In this document: piece by piece, positions 1 to 7,507 of the stretch | Layout of the letters: the number at the start of each line of letters is the position of its first letter | How positions within the stretch are numbered: position 1 is the stretch's first letter | The notes under the pieces: generated by a model | What the model was told of the DNA's origin: nothing | The model's input: only the letters and a program-made list of their open reading frames with translations | The model's database searches: none | Assembly: GCF_900079115.1 (NCBI RefSeq) | Contig: NZ_LT549890.1 | Location: 2,490,001 to 2,522,000 of the forward strand | DNA from: Saccharolobus solfataricus | GTDB lineage: Archaea; Thermoproteota; Thermoprotei_A; Sulfolobales; Sulfolobaceae | Length of the DNA stretch: 32,000 nucleotides | Direction of reading: 5' to 3' | Made by a program: the position numbers and the translations under genes

Positions 1-46
1 CCTCGTAAAAGAGGGAGTGTTCTCATGTAGTCATCTTATTCGATAA

Positions 47-340
47 TTAGTAGTAAAATTCTATCAAGTTTTCTCTAATATACTGTACTCCCTTCAAGTA
101 TGCCTCGTTTAAGGGAGTTCTCCCCCTTGAGAAGATATGAGGATATATTACATTCAACAAGGCCAAACTGTATTCCGTCATCCTCATACTCCTAGTAACA
201 GCTTTAGTATCCCTAGCCAGCCTCGCCAAATGAGACCTACACCAAGAATTATGACTCTCCACAAGATAAGTATACTTCTTACCCACTACACGATTATCGA
301 GAACTTGATAAACACAGTAATAATCAGTATAGTTGACCTT
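47..340 (-). pseudogene. C-terminal remnant of an IS1-family transposase (truncated, no intact N-terminal part)
   Basis: The ORF 47..469 translation contains ...YTDYYCVYQVL..GKKYTYLVESHNSWCRSHLARLARDTKAVTRS... This mirrors the IS1 InsB C-terminal region as I remember it (TDGWPLY...[26 protein letters not shown]). That region carries the second D and the E of the DDE triad plus the E-x-x-N-x-x-x-R-x-x-L-x-R-L-x-R motif. The N-terminal ~45 codons of the ORF are low-complexity and overlap the promoter of the next gene, so only a fragment is credible. Confidence 0.4.
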
Positions 341-490
341 ACTCCTTGTGAATCTTGATATTATATGGAAACGAAGATAATAACAATTCAATTTGTAAAT
401 ATTCAATATGCTAACAAAGCAGTTTGCAATGTAAAATTTTAATATAAAAATTTTTAAGGTATAGCTCACATTCTAAACTAGGTAATTAGT

Positions 491-1465
491 ATGGCTAGGG
501 GAATACCAATTATCAAGCGTGATGACCTTATATTTGCTATTAAACTCTTAAGAAGGATGAGAGATCCAAAAACTAGGTTTGATGAGAAAGAATTTATGAA
601 AAGTGGAAGAGATTATTTGTACAACTACGCTGAGAAAAATGTAGGTCCCCTTGATCCTAGCAGAAGAGCTTTCCTAAAAGGTATACTCATAGGTATAGGA
701 GCCGCAGCAGTATTAAGTGCAATTCCAGTCATTTCATATCTCAATCAACCAGAAATAAGTTTGAAACAATTTCCTTGGGTAATTATAGTCGACTCCAGTG
801 GCAATCCAATTAAAGCTTCACAAATTCCCGTGAATGACCCAGAGATATTATTGTTCGAATATCCAATGCAAGGCGATATAACCTTCATCTTAAACTTAGG
901 TGATGAGAACGATAATCCTATAAAAGTTCCTCCGACTACTGTTGTTATTCCGGAAAATGGTAAGACTTATACTTTTCCTGGTGGGGTTGGACCCAATAAC
1001 TCAATAGTAGCTTTTTCAGCAATTTGCCAACATTTAGGTTGTACTCCACCTGAAATACACTTCTATCCTCCTAAGTATATGAAAGTTGGTTTGCCTACTC
1101 CCAATTTTTTACCACAAGTTGCACTTCAAGCAGCCCAACAAGCCAATGCCCCTGGAGTTATACACTGTGACTGTCACGGATCTACTTATGATCCTTATCA
1201 TGGTGCCTCAGTCCTTACTGGACCCACAGTTAGACCGTTACCGTACGTACAGTTGTATTGGGATTCTAATACTGATTACTTGTACGCAATAGGTATGAAC
1301 TTAAATGCTCCCACGATATTAGGACGTACTAACGATCTTTCAGGGTATGCGTATCTATCTTCATATGATGAATCAACTGGCTGTCCAAAAATGCTATTAC
1401 AATCTGGTCAAACACCTAGTAATTGCTACACTGAGCTTGAGAGCGCTGGAAACACCTACCAATGA
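491..1465 (+). CDS. Membrane-anchored, TAT-exported Rieske [2Fe-2S] protein (SoxL/SoxF-type respiratory Rieske)
   Basis: Rieske box I CQHLGC and box II CDCHGSTY are both present. A twin-arginine motif SRRAFLKG is followed by a hydrophobic helix ILIGIGAAAVLSAIPVISYL. An A/T-rich TATA-like element (aatataaaaattttt, about 441..455) lies ~35 nt upstream. Alternative in-frame ATG starts occur at 557 and 596. Confidence 0.85.
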   Translation: MARGIPIIKRDDLIFAIKLLRRMRDPKTRFDEKEFMKSGRDYLYNYAEKNVGPLDPSRRAFLKGILIGIGAAAVLSAIPVISYLNQPEISLKQFPWVIIVDSSGNPIKASQIPVNDPEILLFEYPMQGDITFILNLGDENDNPIKVPPTTVVIPENGKTYTFPGGVGPNNSIVAFSAICQHLGCTPPEIHFYPPKYMKVGLPTPNFLPQVALQAAQQANAPGVIHCDCHGSTYDPYHGASVLTGPTVRPLPYVQLYWDSNTDYLYAIGMNLNAPTILGRTNDLSGYAYLSSYDESTGCPKMLLQSGQTPSNCYTELESAGNTYQ

Positions 1466-1490
1466 GGTGACAAGTTTGGGAGCTATAGAA

Positions 1491-1907
1491 ATGATGTATG
1501 AGAAATATATCCAGATGAGCAAGATGATGTCTAGAATGAACTATATGCCGGCTATCGCTGCTGGTGAGATAACAATATTACTAATCCTTTACGCTGGGGG
1601 TATGCTACTTGCTGTGTATAATCTTTCTCTTCAAGGAGTGCCTTTAATAATGCACTTATACGGTGCAATTCTCGTTGCGATATTAAGTGTAGGTTTACTT
1701 GCTTCGGCAGTAAGTTATAAGGATAAGGGCGCAATTATGCTCTCATTTTTAAATGTTCTCTCGGTTCTTTTAGCAGCCTTTGCTGGGTCGTTTTATTTTG
1801 GAGGTGTAATAGACGTGAGCTATTTGCTCGAAATGGGAATGGGTTTTGTATTTGCACTTATAACCGCTTCTGGCTGTTTAGTATATAGTATTAGAAGAGG
1901 TGAGTAG
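1491..1907 (+). CDS. Small integral membrane protein (about 4 TM), coupled to the Rieske gene
   Basis: The track ORF 1347..1907 overlaps the Rieske CDS, so I trimmed it to the first ATG after the Rieske stop. A GAGGTGA Shine-Dalgarno-like motif sits at 1464..1470. In-frame GTG 1467 and TTG 1476 are alternative starts. Four hydrophobic segments are visible (ITILLILYAGGMLLAVY, LYGAILVAILSVGLLASAV, IMLSFLNVLSVLLAAFAGSFYF, GMGFVFALITASGCLVY). Confidence 0.55.
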   Translation: MMYEKYIQMSKMMSRMNYMPAIAAGEITILLILYAGGMLLAVYNLSLQGVPLIMHLYGAILVAILSVGLLASAVSYKDKGAIMLSFLNVLSVLLAAFAGSFYFGGVIDVSYLLEMGMGFVFALITASGCLVYSIRRGE

Positions 1908-2310
1908 ATTGGCAGTTTCACAATCTAGAATAAGACCAAGTAGGTTGATGTTATATATATCACTAACTGAAACTATACTTTTAGCTGGATTATTTTATGC
2001 AGGATTAGCCACACTATTTTACGATAAATTCCCACTAAATGCCTACTCGGAAGCTTTGATATTATCAAGTCATATAACACTTGCCATGCTTGTAGGGTTT
2101 TTTGGGTCTGCTATGCTTGCTCAGTCTGTTAGAGAAGGTATAAGATCAGTATATCTATTTTCTTTACTAAATTTATTGTTTATAGGCATAGCAGCTGCCG
2201 GTGGATTAGCTTTTTATGGCTTGTTAATTCCAGACTATGCATACTTAATGGCACTAGGGTTCTTCGGCTCCCTATTTTGTACATCGTCGGTTTTATTTTA
2301 CGCAATTTAA
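1900..2310 (+). CDS. Small integral membrane protein (about 4 TM), overlapping the previous gene by 8 nt
   Basis: The ORF starts at GTG 1900. TTG 1909 (6 nt after GGTGA at 1898..1902) and ATG 1948 are alternatives. Four hydrophobic segments are present. The reading frame is continuous to 2310 on the same strand, consistent with an operon with the Rieske gene. Confidence 0.55.
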   Translation: MSRLAVSQSRIRPSRLMLYISLTETILLAGLFYAGLATLFYDKFPLNAYSEALILSSHITLAMLVGFFGSAMLAQSVREGIRSVYLFSLLNLLFIGIAAAGGLAFYGLLIPDYAYLMALGFFGSLFCTSSVLFYAI

Positions 2311-2418
2311 ATTTTTTTGACATTATCAATTTTTAAAATATTTGGCAGAAGCTCTTCGATATTCGGTAACAAATCCTACGGTAGAATTTTAAGTATCAGC
2401 TACCATTGCCTATATAGC

Positions 2419-2985
2419 TCATCCTATTATTCCTTTTATATATCTAGCTATGACATATCCTAGAAATACGTTCATCGCTATGAACATAGCTACTCCAGCA
2501 ATTGGGAGAGTTGATGGAGAATATGGAGAGAACTTATATACAATATTTGAATATAGGGGGCTCGACACTATAAATATAATTGCGAGTGCACTATCCCCTA
2601 ACATCCAAAGTGCAAATAATGTAACTTTTAGGTAAAACTTCACGTATCTGATGGAGGAACCGACAAGGATTCCACCAGTAAGAAGCGTTATTTCTAGAAT
2701 TGCTCTATATGTTATGAAAGCAGCTCCTATTGCAAAAAAATATGGTAAGTGCCAAAGGATAGGTGGTATTAACCCAAGGATTAGGGAAATTATATCCCCC
2801 TTAAAGTACTTATAACCAACAAATATTCCAGAGAAGTAAACGAGATAATGAGATATCATATAAATTGCCGGAGAATAAAATTCAAGACCTTCTGTGAAAG
2901 GATTAACAGCAATTGCAAGAAGGACTATTGGAAGAACTAATGGTCTAAATGTGATTTTTTCGTCCTTGACTAAACTTAATATCAT
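2419..2985 (-). CDS. Polytopic membrane protein of unknown function (5-6 TM)
   Basis: Uninterrupted 188-aa ORF that is strongly hydrophobic throughout. It is convergent with the Rieske operon. I can assign no catalytic motif. Confidence 0.55.
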   Translation of the reverse strand: MILSLVKDEKITFRPLVLPIVLLAIAVNPFTEGLEFYSPAIYMISHYLVYFSGIFVGYKYFKGDIISLILGLIPPILWHLPYFFAIGAAFITYRAILEITLLTGGILVGSSIRYVKFYLKVTLFALWMLGDSALAIIFIVSSPLYSNIVYKFSPYSPSTLPIAGVAMFIAMNVFLGYVIARYIKGIIG

Positions 2986-3280
2986 ATTATAAAATATCGT
3001 AATCGGTTTAAGAACTTTTATGAGATCGTGTAAGTTTTAACTTAGTTGTGTTAAATACTATTAAAAACTTTTAAAACTAGTTGTGAATTCAAATAATTGT
3101 TTTCGCCCATATTAAAGAAGTGCAATAATTATACCTGATATTGTAGGCATATATTAGGTCCTTGAAATTGTGAAATAAATTATCCATTTACTTATAGATA
3201 AGTACTCATAGCTATTGAAAACTATATAATAGCATAAAATATCTAAAAATTTATTTATTTAGGTTTAAGATAATTCATGT

Positions 3281-4039
3281 ATGATAAAGCTAGATCTGAG
3301 CGGAAAAGTCTGCCTCATAACTGGTGGGACTTCTGGCATAGGTCTAAAGACTGCAGAACTCTTTAGCAAATTGGGCGCAAATGTCTACGTTATAGGTAGG
3401 AGAGAAGCTAACTTTCTATCTAAAAACATATATTTTAAAAAAGTTGATTTAACACGGAGAGAAGATGTTCTCTCATTTATTGAATGGTATGAGAAAAACG
3501 TGGGGACAATCCATGTATTGATAAATAACGCGTCTCAAAATTCAAGATATTCAGTGCTTGATATCCCAATAAAGGAGTGGGATGAGATGATAAGTCTGAA
3601 CTTAACTGCACCTTTTCTCTTATCAAGAATGGCTGCAAAGTTGATGATTAAAAGAGGTATTAAGGGAAAAATAATTAATATCTCAGCAATCCAATCGAAG
3701 TTTCCATTAGAGAGATCCTTCGCCTATGTTACTACTAAAGGAGGATTAATATCTATGGGAAGGAGTCTTGCGGTGGATTTAGGAAAATACGGGATACAAG
3801 TAATTACTGTATTACCTGGGCCAATTTATTCAAAAGATGACGAACCTCCAGCAAGTTTAGATAAGAGAGCAGCTACTCTGTTGGGAAGAATGGGAAGGAT
3901 GATCGAAATATCCCATTTATTAGCCTTTTTAGCTTCAGATTTGAATAGCTTCATCACCGGAACGGAAATTATAATTGATGGAGGTAGAATAATAAGCAGA
4001 AAACCGGATCCAGAAGAAATTACCAAGGGCGAGATATAA
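3281..4039 (+). CDS. Short-chain dehydrogenase/reductase (classical SDR)
   Basis: The N-terminal Rossmann motif [12 protein letters not shown], the NNAS motif, the S...YxxxK catalytic arrangement (SAIQ..., YVTTK) and a PGP motif are all present. The length of 252 aa is typical of the family. Confidence 0.85.
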   Translation: MIKLDLSGKVCLITGGTSGIGLKTAELFSKLGANVYVIGRREANFLSKNIYFKKVDLTRREDVLSFIEWYEKNVGTIHVLINNASQNSRYSVLDIPIKEWDEMISLNLTAPFLLSRMAAKLMIKRGIKGKIINISAIQSKFPLERSFAYVTTKGGLISMGRSLAVDLGKYGIQVITVLPGPIYSKDDEPPASLDKRAATLLGRMGRMIEISHLLAFLASDLNSFITGTEIIIDGGRIISRKPDPEEITKGEI

Positions 4040-5221
4040 CTAATAGTCTCTCCAAGTTCCTTTAACTACCCACACTGGTTCTTCTGGATTAAAGTACTCC
4101 TCACCTTTAACCTTTAAACTATCTAACATTTTCTCATTTACTTCAACTCCTAAACCCGGTCTTTCCGGTATTATAGCGTATCCGTTATCTATTGGAGTAC
4201 CATTATATATTAGCTCCCTCTTCCAACTCGGGAACCAATCATAGAAAGACTCTTGTATTAAGAAGTTTGGTATAAATGCGTCAAACTGTAGTGTTACGGC
4301 GTTTAGTATTGGACCTTGAGCATTGTGAAAAGCCATCTGTACGTCAAAGGTCTCAGCAATCCCTACTACCTTCTTGGTCTCAGTAACTCCACCAATTCTG
4401 TATAGATCAGCTTGTAAGAAATCCACTAATCCCTCTTTCATAAAGTATAAGGCTTGCTGTTTATTAATTATCCTTTCACCTAACGCAATCCTTAAGCTCG
4501 TATTGTTCCTATATTTTCTAAGTCCTTCCACATCCTCAGGATGAATTGGTTCTTCCATGAACAATGGATTATACTTCTCTAGTCTTTTCGCTATCATAAT
4601 AGCCGAATTCGCATTAAACCTACCGTGATGCTCTATTAAAATATCCACGTTGTCTCCAACTGCCTCTCTAACAGCCTTTACTCTCTCCTCAGCTATATCT
4701 AGTCCTTTCTTTGAAATATCGTTAAAGTACGGACCAAATGGGTCAAATTTCAAAGCCTTATATCCCATTTTTACGATCTCCTTAGCTTTTTCCGCAAAGT
4801 CCTCTGGCTTCACGCAGTTTTGATACCAACCATTAGCGTAGACAAGTACTTTATCTCTTGTTTTTCCTCCAAGCAGCTTATATAATGGAGCACCTAACTC
4901 TTTTCCGATTATGTCCCAAGAAGCTATATCTACTGCACTATAGGCTGTTGTAGACTCTAAGGAGATAGTCATATTGAAATCATGTTTATACCATTCTAGC
5001 CTGTTCTTTTCAACGTTAAACACGTCATTTCCTTTTAATACAGTATTTATCTTTTTTACAAAATTTGCCACAGCTTCTGCCCTTAAGGCACTTACAGTTT
5101 CTCCCCAGCCTACTCTACCATCGTTTGTGGTTACCCTTACCAGTACCATTAATGAAGCCCATTGAGCGCTTGTTACTTCCTTACCTAAAATGTACGCTTC
5201 GATTTCTGAAATCTTTGTCAT
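4040..5221 (-). CDS. Enolase-superfamily (mandelate racemase/muconate lactonizing type) sugar-acid dehydratase, gluconate/galactonate-dehydratase-like
   Basis: KALKFDPFG (KxK-type motif) is present. Candidate metal ligands lie in [13 protein letters not shown] and ALGER. AFHNA provides the His base and QADL the Asp partner. The overall sequence strongly resembles what I recall of the Sulfolobus gluconate dehydratase of the branched Entner-Doudoroff pathway. Substrate specificity cannot be fixed from sequence alone. Confidence 0.8.
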   Translation of the reverse strand: MTKISEIEAYILGKEVTSAQWASLMVLVRVTTNDGRVGWGETVSALRAEAVANFVKKINTVLKGNDVFNVEKNRLEWYKHDFNMTISLESTTAYSAVDIASWDIIGKELGAPLYKLLGGKTRDKVLVYANGWYQNCVKPEDFAEKAKEIVKMGYKALKFDPFGPYFNDISKKGLDIAEERVKAVREAVGDNVDILIEHHGRFNANSAIMIAKRLEKYNPLFMEEPIHPEDVEGLRKYRNNTSLRIALGERIINKQQALYFMKEGLVDFLQADLYRIGGVTETKKVVGIAETFDVQMAFHNAQGPILNAVTLQFDAFIPNFLIQESFYDWFPSWKRELIYNGTPIDNGYAIIPERPGLGVEVNEKMLDSLKVKGEEYFNPEEPVWVVKGTWRDY

Positions 5222-5284
5222 GTATGTAAGTAAAGGTTTGGAAAAATAAAGTTTTTATCGGCTACACAATAGGGTATATACTGT

Positions 5285-5758
5285 ATGAGAAGGAGGACAA
5301 TTTTAGCAATCTCAATTACAATACTAGCTATAGGCTTGATAGACGTACTTTTCACTTACCTTTACTCATCTCTAGTGGTATATAGTCTTAGAGATAATTT
5401 TTCCTTAGCTGAAGAAGGAGCACAAAGTTTTCCAATTTTGGTTAAACAAAATGATAAAATAATAATCGAAGGGAATTCTTCGAAACCTATTGATATTTAT
5501 ATTATAGGGATCGTACCCCAAAAGGTTGCAAATAACGTGAGTTCGTTTAGTATATCATATGTTTCCCCAAATACTGGTGAGCTTTATATTCAATTTAGAT
5601 CTCTTCCGTATTCTAACTTAACTACCATTTCATTTACTATAAAAGTTTTCAACTCTTGGTTCTCGGGTATTGGCTATTTATCTTCAGCAATTATACTATT
5701 TGTTGGACTTATACTTCTTGGTTACGCGGTTCAGTTAAAAGAGAGGCGAAGGAAATGA
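5285..5758 (+). CDS. Hypothetical bitopic protein (N- and C-terminal TM helices flanking a ~100-aa extracytoplasmic domain)
   Basis: MRRRTILAISITILAIGLI... forms an N-terminal helix and ...AIILFVGLILLGYAV-QLKERRRK a C-terminal helix. A TATA-like gggtatatact lies just upstream. No family was recognised. Confidence 0.5.
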   Translation: MRRRTILAISITILAIGLIDVLFTYLYSSLVVYSLRDNFSLAEEGAQSFPILVKQNDKIIIEGNSSKPIDIYIIGIVPQKVANNVSSFSISYVSPNTGELYIQFRSLPYSNLTTISFTIKVFNSWFSGIGYLSSAIILFVGLILLGYAVQLKERRRK

Positions 5759-6264
5759 AACTGCTTCCATTTTATATGATTGGTAACAACATCTTTATAG
5801 ACGCACATTTTCTTAGTAGTATATCGAAGCCTTATATTAGAATTTTATTAGTAAGGTCTAATCTTAAACTTGAACAAGAAGGAGAGAAATTAGAACCAAT
5901 TCCACTGGATCATGTCATCAAGTTACTAGAAGATGGCTATGTGGACCTAAAAAGTCTGAGCGAGAAGAAAGAAAGACTTGATTCTTTAGATTATTTATTA
6001 TCTAGCTTATATAATCCAGGGTGGTATTTCAGAAAAAGGGAGGCGGAGATTACCTCATCTTCTCTTCTGAGAATATACGATTTAGCATACAAACTAGTGT
6101 TAAAAAAATTGCGTGATTTAAGTCGTGTTGACGTTGTATTTGTTTCAATATCATTCTCTAATGATTCCATTTTGATCAATGGTAAAGAAGATAGAATATA
6201 CACTACACTCTTTAAATCCGATTCCAACTTTAAGAAAGCTATTTTAAATTCTTTATCTGGATAA
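5755..6264 (+). CDS. Hypothetical soluble protein, translationally coupled (ATGA overlap) to 5285..5758
   Basis: The track ORF 5656..6264 was trimmed to ATG 5755. This ATG overlaps the TGA stop of the upstream gene (aATGAaa). No family was recognised. Confidence 0.45.
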   Translation: MKLLPFYMIGNNIFIDAHFLSSISKPYIRILLVRSNLKLEQEGEKLEPIPLDHVIKLLEDGYVDLKSLSEKKERLDSLDYLLSSLYNPGWYFRKREAEITSSSLLRIYDLAYKLVLKKLRDLSRVDVVFVSISFSNDSILINGKEDRIYTTLFKSDSNFKKAILNSLSG

Positions 6265-6408
6265 TCGCATATACTATCATAAAGACTGATAGTATTAGTA
6301 CAACTATCTGCGAAAATAAGGTGGTAGGACTCCTATAAATTAACAGTGAAAAAATGTCAAGGAGCAATAGCGTATAACCTATACTCATTAGGGTTCTATA
6401 TGCTTCCA

Positions 6409-7410
6409 TTATTCTTCACCTACTTTAGCTCTGGGATCTAGGAATGAATATGTTAGGTCTGCAATTAAATTACCCACAATTACTGCTACTATTATTATGA
6501 TAAATACTCCCATTTCAGTGGGATAATCATTAGAGGTTATGGAGTTAATTAACAAGTTTCCTACTCCGGGATAGGAGAAGGTTTGCTCTACGAAAACCGA
6601 TCCACTGAATGAGAACCCTATTGATATGATTAAGCTAGTATATAGGGGTAGTATCGCATTCTTTCCGATATACTTCTTTTCTATTATATCTTTTTTAACT
6701 CCAGAGATTTCAGCAAAGTTGACGAAGTCTTCACCCAGTACATATATTGTATTTGCTCTCATCTGTAAGATCCACCCAACTAAATTAACTATTGTTAATG
6801 TAAGTATTGGTAAAAATGCATGGTATAATACGCTAGCTATGAAAGGAAGATTAAATCCCGGTGTTACATGAATACTATAGGCTCCACCTGTGGGGAATAT
6901 ATGATATATAAATGCAAGTATATAAATTAGTAATACGGCGTAAATGTAAATCGGTACTGATCTCAGTATTGATAAAGAAACAGTAGCTACGGAATCCGTC
7001 TTTGTTCCCCTTAGGTATCCTAGTTTTTGACCAAGTCTTATACCAAGGAAGAAACTTATTAGAATGGATGTTACTACAATGAATAATGTCCACGGTAAGG
7101 CAACTGCAATTAGCTCAGCTACTGGTACATTGCTTATTATAGAGAAGCCAAGATTTCCATGTAATGTATTCCATATATAATTTACTGCATTGATCAAAGG
7201 GTTTCCATGCGGCCTAAGAGTGTTCAGATAATCTATGAGTGAAGCGTACAGTTCAGGTTTTTGAGCGAAATCTTGTGGATTTATGAATTGCATTATATAA
7301 TTTGCAGGTGAATAAGGAGAAAATTCCAACAAGGCCCAGCTTATGACTATTGTAACAAATATTGCAATAATCACTGAAGCTAATCTTCTAATTAACCACT
7401 TATAGTTCAT
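6409..7410 (-). CDS. ABC transporter permease, DppB/OppB type
   Basis: 333 aa with about 6 TM segments. The N-terminal helix followed by a long loop, then clustered helices, is typical of binding-protein-dependent transport system inner membrane components of the peptide/oligosaccharide class. Its genomic context is with the binding protein and ATPases. Confidence 0.8.
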   Translation of the reverse strand: MNYKWLIRRLASVIIAIFVTIVISWALLEFSPYSPANYIMQFINPQDFAQKPELYASLIDYLNTLRPHGNPLINAVNYIWNTLHGNLGFSIISNVPVAELIAVALPWTLFIVVTSILISFFLGIRLGQKLGYLRGTKTDSVATVSLSILRSVPIYIYAVLLIYILAFIYHIFPTGGAYSIHVTPGFNLPFIASVLYHAFLPILTLTIVNLVGWILQMRANTIYVLGEDFVNFAEISGVKKDIIEKKYIGKNAILPLYTSLIISIGFSFSGSVFVEQTFSYPGVGNLLINSITSNDYPTEMGVFIIIIVAVIVGNLIADLTYSFLDPRAKVGEE

Positions 7411-7507
7411 GCATTACTATTACTTTTTAATAAGATATAAGTGTTTCTGAGCTGTATCATTAGAGTTTTAACAAAGTTTATAAGCTAGACAATACAAAAT
7501 AATATTT

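Noticed and set aside
47-469. The full 140-aa ORF treated as an intact gene.
   Set aside because: Only the C-terminal two thirds resemble a transposase. The N-terminal part is implausible sequence overlapping the neighbouring promoter. I treated it as a pseudogene fragment.
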